50,347 nucleotides of DNA. Origin: Candidatus Omnitrophota bacterium (GTDB lineage: Bacteria > Omnitrophota > Gorgyraeia > 1-14-0-20-64-10). A program made the position numbers and the translations under genes. A model generated the notes under the pieces. It had not been told where the DNA came from. It was given only the letters and a program-made list of their open reading frames with translations, and ran no database searches. Of the stretch, positions 1 through 10,947 are shown in pieces (within the stretch, counting starts at the first letter, position 1; the number at the start of each line of letters is the position of its first letter). Location of the stretch: assembly GCA_030651065.1 (NCBI GenBank), contig JAUSCU010000018.1:1-50347 (forward strand), written 5' to 3'.

Positions 1-409
1 TCACGCTGCACGTCGGCTGGGGGACCTTCAAGCCGGTCGGGGAAAAGGAGATGGCGGAGGGAAAGTTGCACCCGGAGAGATTCAAAATTCCGGCTGAGAC
101 GGCCGAAGCGATCAAAGGAACGAGAACAAACAAGGGGCGAGTCATCGCTGTGGGAACAACAACGGCGCGGGCGCTGGAATCATCCGCCCTTGGTCAAGCT
201 CAGGACGAGCGAACGACGGACTTATTTATCCAGCCGGGATTTAAGTTCAAGGTAGTGGACGGGATGGTAACAAACTTCCACTTGCCGGGAACCAGCTTGC
301 TGCTGCTTGTCTCCGCTTTCGCGGGTGAAGAGCGGATTCAGGCGGCCTACGCGGAAGCGGTGAAGCAGAAGTACCGGTTCTATTCCTACGGAGATGCCAT
401 GGTGATCCT

Positions 410-413
<4 letters not shown>
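1..413 (+). CDS. queA: S-adenosylmethionine:tRNA ribosyltransferase-isomerase QueA, C-terminal fragment (5' end outside window)
   Basis: Translation ...GRVIAVGTTTARALES...VVDGMVTNFHLPGTSLLLLVSAFAG...YRFYSYGDAMVIL is the conserved QueA C-terminus. The frame is open from base 3. It lies upstream of tgt-yajC-secDF, as in the classical operon. Confidence 0.85.
188..204 (+). repeat. 15/17 copy of the CCTTCGACARGCTCAGG motif (ccttggtcaagctcagg) inside queA
   Basis: Direct comparison with the copies at 1445, 42611 and 45479. Read in-frame as L-G-Q-A-Q-D-E-R. Confidence 0.6.
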
Positions 414-2045
<1,632 letters not shown>

Positions 2046-2315
2046 GTGAATCCAGGCCCGTTGGTGCAGCTGTTCCCCATGTTGTTGATCTTCGGGGTGA
2101 TGTATTTCGTTATGATCCGCCCTCAGATGAAGCAGCAGAAAGAGCTCGCGCAGATGCAGTCGAAGCTCAAGAAGAACGACGAGGTGGTCACCAACGGCGG
2201 CCTCCACGGCACTGTCGTGAACCTGAAGGACAGCGTGGTGACGCTGCGCATCGACGACAACGTCCGCATGGACGTGGACCGGAACTGCGTCGGCCGCCTG
2301 GTGAAGGAAGGGTAA
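2046..2315 (+). CDS. yajC: preprotein translocase subunit YajC
   Basis: 89 aa with a single N-terminal TM. IRPQMKQQKE...GGLHGTV motif. GTG start immediately after the tgt stop; followed by secDF. Confidence 0.85.
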   Translation: MNPGPLVQLFPMLLIFGVMYFVMIRPQMKQQKELAQMQSKLKKNDEVVTNGGLHGTVVNLKDSVVTLRIDDNVRMDVDRNCVGRLVKEG

Positions 2316-2325
2316 AGAGCTCCCC

Positions 2326-4485
2326 ATGTACCGCCGCCTGACCCCCTGGATCCTCACCATCCTTGCCGTCGCCGGGCTGGCGGTCTGGTCCGCCTTCCCG
2401 CTGAAAGAAAAGATCTCCCTCGGGCTCGATCTCCAGGGCGGGATGCACCTGATCCTCAAGGTGGACACGGCGAAGCTGCCGCCCGAGGCGCGGGCCGACG
2501 CGGCGGAGCGGGCGCTGGAGGTTATCCGCAACCGGATCGACCAGTTCGGGGTGAAGGAACCGTCGATCCATCAGCAGGGGAAAGATGAGATTGTGGTCCA
2601 GCTGCCGGGTATCACCGACCGGGAGCGGGCGCTGGCAATCGTCCAGCAGGTGGCCCACCTGGAGTTCCGGATGGTCAGCGCCGACCCCGAGCTGCTCAAA
2701 AAAGCGATTGCCGGGGAGATGGTGGACGGCTACGAGGTCGTCCGGGATGCGCAAGGGGAACCGTACCTTCTGGAAAGACAAGTCCCGCTGACCGGTGAGG
2801 GGCTGGCCAACGCCCATGTGGACTACGGGCAGTTCGGATCGCCGGAGGTGAGCTTTGCGCTGACGCCGGCAGGGTCCAAGGTCTTCTCGCAGTTGACGGC
2901 GTCCAACATCGGCCGGCGGCTGGCGATCGTGCTGGACGGCCGCGTGAAATCGGCGCCGGTCATCCAGGGCCAGATCTCCGACCAGGGACAGATTACCGGC
3001 CGCTTCACGCAGCAGGAGGCGCTGGATTTGGCCCTCGTGCTCCGGAGCGGCGCGCTGCCGGCCCCTCTGGTCGTCGAGGAGGAGCGGACCATCGGCCCGC
3101 TGTTGGGCAACGACTCGATCCGGGCCGGCGTCAAGGCAACCGGGATCGGCATCGGGATGGTCTTCCTCTTCATGGCCGTCTACTACCTGCTGCCGGGGCT
3201 GATCGCCTGCACGGCCCTTGCGCTGAACCTGCTGTTGATCCTCGGCGGCTTGGCCCTGTTCCACGCCACGCTGACACTGCCCGGTATCGCCGGCATCGTG
3301 CTGACGCTCGGTATGGCGGTGGACGCGAACGTCCTCATCTTCGAACGGATGCGGGAGGAGCTGAAGCTCGGCCGAACGATCCGCCAGGTGATCACCAACG
3401 GCTACGACCGTGCCTTCTCAGCGATCCTGGACTCCAACCTCACCACCGTGCTGGCGGCGTTTCTGCTGTTCCAGTTCGGCACCGGCCCGATCCGGGGTTT
3501 CGCGGTGACCACGGTGATCGGTCTGACCGCCAGCATGTTCACGGCGGTGGTGGTCACGCGAGTCATCTTCGAGGCGCTGCACCGGGCTAAGATGCTCCCT
3601 CAGATCCGGATGCTTCATCTGATTGGCCAGACAAAGCTGGATTTCCTGAAACCACGGAAGATCTGCTACGTCATCTCGCTGTTGTGCGTGGTGGGGGGGC
3701 TGGGCTACTTCTCAACGCTCGGGAGCCGTGCCTACGGCATCGACTTCTCCGGCGGCCAGATCCAGCAGTACCATTTCCAGAAGCCGGTGCCGATGGATTC
3801 GGTTCGCTCGGCGGTGCGGGATGCCGGCGTGCAGGACGCCTCGCTGCAGCAGTTCGGCCAGCCCAACGACGTGATGATCCAGACCGGCGGCGATACCGTG
3901 AAGGAGGTTCAGGAGAAGCTGAGGGCCTCTTTCCCGGACAACCCGCCGGAACTGGTCCGGGTGGAGCAGGTGGGCCCTTCGGTGGGGAAGGATTTGAGCA
4001 AGCGGGCGCTCCAGGCAATCTTCTGGGCCCTCGTTTCGATCAGTCTCTACGTCGGTTTCCGGTTCCGTTCCTGGTCTTTCGGCGTGGCCGGCATCGTGGC
4101 GCTGCTGCACGACGTGCTGATCGCGCTGATCGCGCTGGCGATCACCGGCCGGCCGGTTTCGCTGACACTGATCGCCGCTTTCCTGACGATCGCCGGCTAT
4201 TCGATCAACGACACGATCGTGATCTACGACCGGATCCGGGAGCTGCGCCGCACCGCCCGCAAGATGCCGTTCTCGGAGCTGATCAACCTGGCCTTGAACC
4301 AAACACTCTCCCGGACTCTCTTGACCTCCGGCGTCACGCTGCTGACGGTGGTCTCTCTCTTTATGTTCGGCGGCGACATCCTGAACGACCTCGCTTTCGC
4401 GCTGGGGGTCGGTTTCATCTCCGGCGTTTATTCCACCGTCTACATCGCCACCCCGCTGCTTCTTCTTTGGGAGAAGAAGCGCTAA
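2326..4485 (+). CDS. secDF: fused protein-export membrane protein SecDF
   Basis: 719 aa. SecD-like periplasmic head and 6 TM, then a second SecF-like module (GIDFSGG..., LHDVLIALIALA, YSINDTIVIYDRIRE). Canonical position after yajC. Confidence 0.9.
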   Translation: MYRRLTPWILTILAVAGLAVWSAFPLKEKISLGLDLQGGMHLILKVDTAKLPPEARADAAERALEVIRNRIDQFGVKEPSIHQQGKDEIVVQLPGITDRERALAIVQQVAHLEFRMVSADPELLKKAIAGEMVDGYEVVRDAQGEPYLLERQVPLTGEGLANAHVDYGQFGSPEVSFALTPAGSKVFSQLTASNIGRRLAIVLDGRVKSAPVIQGQISDQGQITGRFTQQEALDLALVLRSGALPAPLVVEEERTIGPLLGNDSIRAGVKATGIGIGMVFLFMAVYYLLPGLIACTALALNLLLILGGLALFHATLTLPGIAGIVLTLGMAVDANVLIFERMREELKLGRTIRQVITNGYDRAFSAILDSNLTTVLAAFLLFQFGTGPIRGFAVTTVIGLTASMFTAVVVTRVIFEALHRAKMLPQIRMLHLIGQTKLDFLKPRKICYVISLLCVVGGLGYFSTLGSRAYGIDFSGGQIQQYHFQKPVPMDSVRSAVRDAGVQDASLQQFGQPNDVMIQTGGDTVKEVQEKLRASFPDNPPELVRVEQVGPSVGKDLSKRALQAIFWALVSISLYVGFRFRSWSFGVAGIVALLHDVLIALIALAITGRPVSLTLIAAFLTIAGYSINDTIVIYDRIRELRRTARKMPFSELINLALNQTLSRTLLTSGVTLLTVVSLFMFGGDILNDLAFALGVGFISGVYSTVYIATPLLLLWEKKR

Positions 4486-4495
4486 CGTAGGTTCC

Positions 4496-6199
4496 ATGCG
4501 CAAGACCTGGGTCCTTCACCCGGTGGATGAGGTTTTGGCGCGGGAGATGGCCGGCGCCCTCGGGGTGAGCCCAGTCATCGCCCGCCTTTTGATCCGCCGG
4601 GGCATTGGGTCTTTCTCCGCCGCGGAGCAATTCCTGTTCGGCGATGTCGGCTCTCTGGCCGATCCGGGCCGGATGGCCGGCCTGCCTGAAGCGGTGCGGC
4701 TGATCCGCCACGCTCTCCGCGAGAAAAAGAAAATCCTGATCGTCGGCGATTATGACGTCGACGGCCTCACCAGCTCGGCCCTCCTGCAGTGGGTCCTGCG
4801 TTCCCTGGGTGCCGACGTTTCCTGCCACATCCCCCACCGAATGGAAGACGGCTACGGCCTGAAGCCGGAGGTCGTCGAGAAGGCGCATCAAGACGGCGTG
4901 GAGCTGCTGATCACCACCGACTGCGGAACCTGCAGCTTCAAGGAGCTCGAGCTCGCCCGCCGTTTTGGGATGGAGACGGTAGTGGTGGACCACCACGACC
5001 TCGATCCCGCCGGGCCTCCCCCGGCCTCCGCTTTTCTGAACCCCTTGCGGTCGGACTGCGGCTACCCGGAGAAAGAACTCTCCTCGGCCGGCGTCGCCTT
5101 CACGCTGGCGCGCGGGCTGCTGGAGGGAGGGGCAGGCACCTGGGAGCATCTGGACCTGGTGGCGCTGAGCACCGTGGCCGACATGGCGCCTCTTTCCGGC
5201 GAGAACCGGATCCTGGTCCGGGCCGGGCTGCACGCGCTGGAGCACACGCGAAAACCGGGTTTGCGGGCGCTGCTGTCGCAGGCCAAGCTGGAGGGAAAAA
5301 CCCTGACGCCCGAAGAGATCAGCTTCCGGCTGGCCCCGCCGCTCAACGCCGCCGGGAGGATGGGTTCCTCAGAAGCCAGCTTCCGGCTGTTGACGACCGC
5401 CGACCCTGTGGAAGCGGAGGCGGCGGTCAAGTCGCTGTTCAAAGACAACCGGGCCCGCAGGGCGCTGGAAGGGGAGGCGTTCAAGAAAGCGCTGGTCAAG
5501 GTGGCCCGCGAGATCAATTTCAGCCGGGACCGGGTGATCATCTTGGAGGATGAGAAATGGCACCCCGGCGTGGCCGGCATCCTGGCAACCCGCCTGACGT
5601 ACCGGTTCCACCGTCCTACGGTCGTGATCGCCGTCAACGGCTCCATCTGCCGCGGATCGGCCCGCTCCACGCGGGCGCTCGACCTGGTCCAGGCGCTCCA
5701 TGCGGTGAAGGAACATCTGGTGGAGTTCGGCGGGCACCCGGGCGCCGCGGGGCTTACCATCGAACGGGACCGGATCGTCCCGTTCCGGGAGGCGCTCAAC
5801 CGCGTGGCGCACGAACGGATGGACCGCGGGCAACTCTCTCCCTCGGTGGAGCTCGATGGGGAGCTGCCTCTCTCGGACCTGACGGAGAGCCTGATGCGGG
5901 AGATGGAGGCGCTAGCACCCTTCGGGACCGGCAACCCGAGGCCGGTCTTTTTAAGCCGGGACGCCCGGCTGCCGGCGGAAAGAGGGCCGGCCGGTTTCCA
6001 TCCGATGGGAATGCGCGTGACCGTGCAGGACCCGCAAGGGAACAGTTTTGAGGCGCTGCAGCCGCGCGACGCGCTGGGGGAGGGCTTAAACCTGCGGCGG
6101 GTGCGGGGTCCGGTGCATCTGGCCTATTCGCCGGTCTCCCGGCGCGAGGAAGACCGGTTCAGTATCGAGCTTCGGCTGCGGGACCTGAAACTTCCGTAA
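4496..6199 (+). CDS. recJ: single-stranded-DNA-specific exonuclease RecJ
   Basis: DHH-family motifs: ILIVGDYDVDGLTS, ITTDCG, VVDHH, GGHPGAAG (DHHA1). Confidence 0.9.
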   Translation: MRKTWVLHPVDEVLAREMAGALGVSPVIARLLIRRGIGSFSAAEQFLFGDVGSLADPGRMAGLPEAVRLIRHALREKKKILIVGDYDVDGLTSSALLQWVLRSLGADVSCHIPHRMEDGYGLKPEVVEKAHQDGVELLITTDCGTCSFKELELARRFGMETVVVDHHDLDPAGPPPASAFLNPLRSDCGYPEKELSSAGVAFTLARGLLEGGAGTWEHLDLVALSTVADMAPLSGENRILVRAGLHALEHTRKPGLRALLSQAKLEGKTLTPEEISFRLAPPLNAAGRMGSSEASFRLLTTADPVEAEAAVKSLFKDNRARRALEGEAFKKALVKVAREINFSRDRVIILEDEKWHPGVAGILATRLTYRFHRPTVVIAVNGSICRGSARSTRALDLVQALHAVKEHLVEFGGHPGAAGLTIERDRIVPFREALNRVAHERMDRGQLSPSVELDGELPLSDLTESLMREMEALAPFGTGNPRPVFLSRDARLPAERGPAGFHPMGMRVTVQDPQGNSFEALQPRDALGEGLNLRRVRGPVHLAYSPVSRREEDRFSIELRLRDLKLP

Positions 6200-6205
6200 C
6201 CCGCT

Positions 6206-6742
6206 TTACCAGAGAGAAAACAGCCGCCCCGGCCGGATCTTCCCCGCGATGTGTTTCCGGGGAACAGGTCCAAATACCCGGCTGTCCTCGCTGTTCATCC
6301 GGTTGTCCCCCATCAGGAAGTAAGACCCCTCCGGGATCCGGCGGGGCGGCATCTCCGGCTCTGTGGTTCCGGAGAGGTACGGTTCTTCCAATAGATGTCC
6401 ATCTACCCAAACCCGGCCTTCCGATACGGAAAGGGTCTCTCCGCCGACCGCGATGACCCTTTTCACGTAATACCAGCGGGGATGGTTCGGGGGGTGGATC
6501 ACCACCACATCTCCGCGGCGGGTGGGGGTGATCCAGACGATGAACTTGTTGACGAGGAAATACCCGCCTGGTTTCAGCGTGGGGAACATACTCAGGTCGG
6601 TGATGCGGCCCGCGCTGACCACATACTGCTCGCAGAGCAGGAAGGCGGGGATCGAGAGGACCAGCAACACGGCCCAGATCCGGTTTTTCCGTCGGCGCTC
6701 GCCCCGGATGAAACCCCATCGGAAGAAAGCTCTCCGTTCCAT
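6206..6742 (-). CDS. lepB: signal peptidase I
   Basis: SMFPTLKPGGY (catalytic Ser box), RGDVVV, YVKRVIAVGGE, GDNRMNSEDSR boxes. I place the start at the internal ATG (6742), because the longer ORF (to 6994) runs antisense over the next gene and adds an acidic, non-homologous extension. Confidence 0.8.
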   Translation of the reverse strand: MERRAFFRWGFIRGERRRKNRIWAVLLVLSIPAFLLCEQYVVSAGRITDLSMFPTLKPGGYFLVNKFIVWITPTRRGDVVVIHPPNHPRWYYVKRVIAVGGETLSVSEGRVWVDGHLLEEPYLSGTTEPEMPPRRIPEGSYFLMGDNRMNSEDSRVFGPVPRKHIAGKIRPGRLFSLW

Positions 6743-6772
6743 TCGGCTAGTGTACAATAAAGCCAGATAGCC

Positions 6773-7927
6773 ATGAAGCGGTTCCTCCTCATCCTCCTCA
6801 TTGTTTTCCTGGTTGCCGCGGCCGGCTTGGGATTCTTTCTGGCCACGTTTGACGCGGACCGCGCCCGTCCCACCGTGATCAAGAAAATGGAAGAGGTGCT
6901 GGGCCGCCCGGTTGCGCTTAAGCGGATCGTCCTGCGCTGGAAGGGCGGGATCGCGGTCGAGCTGCACGGGCTGGAGATTCCGCCGGCTCTCCATGTGGGA
7001 AACGTGAGCCTCTTGCTGCGTCCCTTGCCGTTACTTCGGGGGGATGTGCAGATCCTTTCCGTGCTCCTCCAGGCCCCTACTTTCCGGGTGATCCGGCACG
7101 CCGATGGGGTGATCGAGATTCCCGGAGTGACGGCCGAGCTGCACCAGCGGCTCGGCACTTCCTCGGCAGCAGGGACGGTGCCGCCTCGGTCGTCGCTACT
7201 GATCCGGGAACTGCTCATCCGGGAGGGGACTTTCATTTACGCGGATCAAAGCGCGCGCCCTCCCCTGGAAATCACACTGGAGCAGGTTCAACTCCGGGCC
7301 TCGCTGGACCTGCGGTCCCAGCAGCTGGATCTAAAGGATTCCTCCGCGAAACTGGGAGAGGGAACCCTTCGCTTGAGCGGTTCGGTGAAAAATTTCGGCT
7401 CGAACCCGGAAGGGCAAGTGGATCTGAAGACCGAAAATATCCGCCTGCTCAATGTGAACCTGCTCCGGGAGGTCTTCGACCGGATGACGGTTATTCCTGG
7501 ACTTACCGAATCCCTGCTGGCCCGATTGCCCCCCGAGTTCGCGCAAAAGCTGACCGAAAAAGATACTCTTTTCCGTCCGATGGATTTTCATCTCACGCTG
7601 GAGAACGGGGCGGTCTTGTTCCAGAATTTCCGGGTGGCTACCGACTCGTTTGAGCTGGTCGCTTCCGGCCGGGCTGGGTTGGACGGGAGCTTGGCGTTTC
7701 CCGCCCAGATCTTCATCCAACAGGATCTTTCGAAGGCACTCATCCAATCGGCGGACGAGCTGAGGCTCTTCACCGATGACCAGTGGCGGATCGTCCTGCC
7801 GGTCCGGGTGGGGGGGACCGTCCAGAAGCCGTCCGTCTCCCCGGACCTCCAGGTTGTGGCCGAAAAGCTTTTCTCCGCCAAGGCGCAGGACCTGGTGGGG
7901 GAACTGCTGAACAAGATAAATGAGTAA
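6773..7927 (+). CDS. AsmA-like / DUF748-like envelope protein (N-terminal membrane anchor)
   Basis: 384 aa. The N-terminus MKRFLLILLIVFLVAAAGLGFFLATFDADRARP... and repetitive beta-rich body resemble AsmA-family proteins. Assignment by eye only. Confidence 0.4.
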   Translation: MKRFLLILLIVFLVAAAGLGFFLATFDADRARPTVIKKMEEVLGRPVALKRIVLRWKGGIAVELHGLEIPPALHVGNVSLLLRPLPLLRGDVQILSVLLQAPTFRVIRHADGVIEIPGVTAELHQRLGTSSAAGTVPPRSSLLIRELLIREGTFIYADQSARPPLEITLEQVQLRASLDLRSQQLDLKDSSAKLGEGTLRLSGSVKNFGSNPEGQVDLKTENIRLLNVNLLREVFDRMTVIPGLTESLLARLPPEFAQKLTEKDTLFRPMDFHLTLENGAVLFQNFRVATDSFELVASGRAGLDGSLAFPAQIFIQQDLSKALIQSADELRLFTDDQWRIVLPVRVGGTVQKPSVSPDLQVVAEKLFSAKAQDLVGELLNKINE

Positions 7928-8279
7928 GCCGACGATCGCTATCGTGGGTGCCTCCTCTGACCGCTCCAAATATGGCAACGTGGCGGTGCGCAGTTACCGG
8001 GAGGCCGGCTATGAGGTTTTCCCGGTCCATCCGAAAGAGACCGAGATCGAAGGGCTGAAAGTCTATAAGTCGGTGGTCGATATCTCCGTGGCGCTGGACC
8101 GGGTGAGCGTTTACCTGCCGCCGCAGATCGGCATGAAGGTGATCGAGGAGATCGCCCGAAAGGGGACGAAAGAGCTTTTCCTAAACCCCGGATCCGAGAG
8201 CGACGAGCTGGTCGCGAAGGCGCAATCGCTGGGCCTCAACGTGATCGTCGCCTGCAGCATCACGGCTCTGCGCCATTGA
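7920..8279 (+). CDS. CoA-binding domain protein (YccU/YneT-like)
   Basis: IAIVGASSDRSKYGNVAVRSYREAGYEVFPVHPK..IEGLKVYKSV is the CoA_binding_2 signature. 8-nt overlap with the upstream gene. Confidence 0.7.
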   Translation: MSKPTIAIVGASSDRSKYGNVAVRSYREAGYEVFPVHPKETEIEGLKVYKSVVDISVALDRVSVYLPPQIGMKVIEEIARKGTKELFLNPGSESDELVAKAQSLGLNVIVACSITALRH

Positions 8280-8280
8280 G

Positions 8281-8469
8281 ATGAGCCCGCGCTGTTTCTT
8301 CTGCGGCGAGGAATTGAAGTCGGGCGGTCAACCGGACCGGCTGCATTGCGGCAAGTGCCGGGCCGACTTTCGCTCCAAGATTGATCCGGAAGGTTGCCTG
8401 CTGTCGTTGGAAGTGGAAGGCTGCGGCGCGGAGGAGTGTTGCCGCCACACGAAAAAGCCGGCCGGGTGA
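8281..8469 (+). CDS. small Cys-rich zinc-ribbon protein (62 aa), hypothetical
   Basis: CFFC-x13-CGKC plus a C-terminal GCGAEECC. The ATG lies 1 nt after the upstream stop, and its own stop overlaps the GTG start of the next gene (GTGA). Confidence 0.45.
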   Translation: MSPRCFFCGEELKSGGQPDRLHCGKCRADFRSKIDPEGCLLSLEVEGCGAEECCRHTKKPAG

Positions 8470-9089
8470 TCGACCTCTCGGTCCCTCTGCGGGACGGGAT
8501 GGTGCACTGGCCGGGCGACCCGCCGGTCCGGATCCGGAAGGTGAAGGAGATTGGAGGGACCCACTCCTCGAACCTCTCGCTGCTCTCGATGGGATCCCAC
8601 ACCGGCACCCACATGGACGCGCCGGGGCATTTCCTCAAAGGGGGGCTGACGATTGACCGGTTGCCGCTGGAGGCGGTCATCGGCCCGGCCCGTGTGATCC
8701 CGATCCGGCATCCGCGTGAGATCCGCGTGGAAGAGTTACGGCCGCACCGGATCCGGAGCAGAGAGCGGATCCTGTTCAAGAGCCGCAACTCTTCCCGATG
8801 TTGGAAATCGGACGCTTTCGTCCGGGACTTCGTCCATTTGACGGCAGAATCGGCCCGGTATCTGGCCGGTCTGCGCCTGCGTTGCGTCGGGGTGGATTAT
8901 CTTTCGGTGGGCGGCTACAAAAAGGACGGCGCCGAGGTGCACCGGGCGCTGTTGGGGGCCGGGATCTGGATCATCGAGGGGTTGAATCTTTCCGCCGCGC
9001 GGCCGGGCCGATATGAGCTGATGTGTCTTCCCCTGAAGATCTCAGGCGGGGATGGGGCTCCGGCGCGGGCGGTGTTGCGGAAGCTTTAG
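8466..9089 (+). CDS. cyclase-family protein (kynurenine formamidase/arylformamidase-like)
   Basis: VIDLSVPL..GMVHWPGDPP...SMGSHTGTHMDAPGHF... is the putative-cyclase (KynB-type) metal-site signature. The GTG start at 8466 is chosen because the family begins at IDLS. Confidence 0.7.
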   Translation: MIDLSVPLRDGMVHWPGDPPVRIRKVKEIGGTHSSNLSLLSMGSHTGTHMDAPGHFLKGGLTIDRLPLEAVIGPARVIPIRHPREIRVEELRPHRIRSRERILFKSRNSSRCWKSDAFVRDFVHLTAESARYLAGLRLRCVGVDYLSVGGYKKDGAEVHRALLGAGIWIIEGLNLSAARPGRYELMCLPLKISGGDGAPARAVLRKL

Positions 9090-9943
9090 GAAACTTCGAC
9101 CGGCCCGACCACCTCGTGGCGGACCGTGTTGCCGCCGCTGTTCTTAGCGGCATACATCAGGGCATCGGCCTTCTTGATCATCTCCTCCACCGACTCCGGC
9201 GGCCGCAGGAAAGTAGCCACTCCGAAGCTGAAGGTGACCGGCCACTCGTTTCTCTGCGCCAGATCCAGCAGGAAACGGTGGATTCGCTTCACCACGATTT
9301 GCGCCGCTTCCGACTGGGTCTCCGGCAGCAGCAGTCCGAACTCATCCCCGCCCAGCCGGGCGATCAGGTCGCTGGAGCGTATCTTGCTCTGGATCGTCTG
9401 AGCGGTCGCCCGCAGCAGCGTGTCGCCGGTGTTATGGCCGTACCGGTCGTTCACGAACTTAAACTTGTCCACGTCCAAGTAGACGATCGAGAAGGGCCGG
9501 TTGTACCGCTGTGAACGGGTGATCTCAACCTGGGCGGCCGCCTCGAAAGAGCGCTTGTTCGCAGCCTTCGTGAGGAAGTCGGTTCGGGCGGATGCCCTCT
9601 CCTGCTCCCACTCCTTCTTGAGGGCCGGCAGAATCCACGCGACTGCCACCAGGAAGCCCAGCTTCATCGCGGCGTTCCAGTAGGGGACGGGTGAAGCGAT
9701 GGACTCCGGTCTTGAAGCGGTATCGGCGGCGAACCAGGTGATGGCGCTCAAGATGGCGATGAGGATCCCGGCTTGTCTTCCGGCGAACCAAACCGTCAGT
9801 GCGACGGGGATCAGGAAGAAAATTTCAAGAGAAAGGGTAGGTCCCGTTGCCCAGTCCAGGACGCCCATCAGGGCGACCAGCGACAGGCCCAGAAAAACCG
9901 AAGCTCCGGCGGGCTTCTGCTTGAAATGTTCCCCCAGGTTCAT
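9086..9943 (-). CDS. membrane-anchored diguanylate cyclase (GGDEF)
   Basis: N-terminal TM helices, then ...RYNRPFSIVYLDVDKFKFVNDRYGHNTGD...RLGGDEFGLLLP...AKNSGGNTV. Confidence 0.8.
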   Translation of the reverse strand: MNLGEHFKQKPAGASVFLGLSLVALMGVLDWATGPTLSLEIFFLIPVALTVWFAGRQAGILIAILSAITWFAADTASRPESIASPVPYWNAAMKLGFLVAVAWILPALKKEWEQERASARTDFLTKAANKRSFEAAAQVEITRSQRYNRPFSIVYLDVDKFKFVNDRYGHNTGDTLLRATAQTIQSKIRSSDLIARLGGDEFGLLLPETQSEAAQIVVKRIHRFLLDLAQRNEWPVTFSFGVATFLRPPESVEEMIKKADALMYAAKNSGGNTVRHEVVGPVEVS

Positions 9944-10002
9944 GTCTCTAGGATAATTCCCTCGGCATTCAGAGTCAAGTTAACGTGGTAAGATTTCAGT
10001 CC

Positions 10003-10947
10003 ATGACGAAGGCGATGGTGCTGGGGGCAACCGGCCACATTGGGGCGCACGTGGTCCGGGCGCTGCTGGGGCGGGGCCATGAGGTCAGGGCGGCCTACCG
10101 TTCGGAGAAATACCTCTCGGTGCTCGAAGGGCTGCCGGTGGAGCGGGTGAAAGTGAATCTGGACCGCCCGGAGGAGTTGAGAGAGGCGCTCCGCGGATGT
10201 TCCTGGGTCTTCCACGCGGCGGGATATTACCCCTCGAACCGCCCATCTCGCGCGGAAGCGATCCGCGCCGGGATCGAGTCGGCCCGGCGGGATCTGGAAG
10301 AGATCCGGCGGGCCGGCCCGGAGAGAGTGGTTTTTACCAGCAGCGCCGCCACTTTTATCGAATCAAACAGCATCTACACGGCGGTGAAGATTGCCATGGA
10401 GCAGGAGGCTCTGCGGGCTGCCGGCGCCGGGCTGCCGGTGGTGATCGTCAACCCCAGCCTTTGCATCGGGGAGTACGACGCGCACGCCTTTTCCGGCCGG
10501 TCCGTCTTGGCCTTCGCAAAATACCGGCTCGGGTGGTACACTAGCACCTCGTTCAATGTGGTCTACACCGGGGATGTCGGCGTGGGCCATGTCCGGGCGG
10601 CCGAAGCCGGCCGGGTGGGTGAACGGTACCTGCTGGCCGGACAGAACATAAGTTTAAAGGAATTCGGGACCCTTGCCTGCCGGGAATTGGGTCTGCCCCC
10701 TCCGCGATGGAAAATCCCGCTCGCTGCCGTTTACCTGGCGGCTTGCGGCGTTGAGCTGTTTGCCGCGGTGACCGGGCGGGAGCCGCTCTTCACGCGAGAG
10801 GAGGCGCGCCGCATCCGGGTAGGCTACCGGTTGGACGGTTCCAAGGTGGTTCGGGAGCTGGGGACGCCGCAGACGCCGCCGGCTGAAGCAATCCGGAGGG
10901 CGGTGGAGTGGTTCAAACAACAGGGATACTTAAAGGAGAGTCCGTGA
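10003..10947 (+). CDS. NAD-dependent epimerase/dehydratase family (extended SDR) protein
   Basis: MVLGATGHIGAHVVRALLGRGHEV Rossmann motif and a YxxxK region (YTAVK). The ATG at 10003 is preferred over the GTG at 9985. Confidence 0.75.
   Translation: MTKAMVLGATGHIGAHVVRALLGRGHEVRAAYRSEKYLSVLEGLPVERVKVNLDRPEELREALRGCSWVFHAAGYYPSNRPSRAEAIRAGIESARRDLEEIRRAGPERVVFTSSAATFIESNSIYTAVKIAMEQEALRAAGAGLPVVIVNPSLCIGEYDAHAFSGRSVLAFAKYRLGWYTSTSFNVVYTGDVGVGHVRAAEAGRVGERYLLAGQNISLKEFGTLACRELGLPPPRWKIPLAAVYLAACGVELFAAVTGREPLFTREEARRIRVGYRLDGSKVVRELGTPQTPPAEAIRRAVEWFKQQGYLKESP

Noticed and set aside
6743-6994. N-terminal 84-aa extension of the lepB ORF
   Set aside because: The extension is acidic, low-complexity and non-homologous, and it runs antisense across the start of the next gene. 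The internal ATG at 6742 gives a normal signal peptidase I with its membrane anchor.
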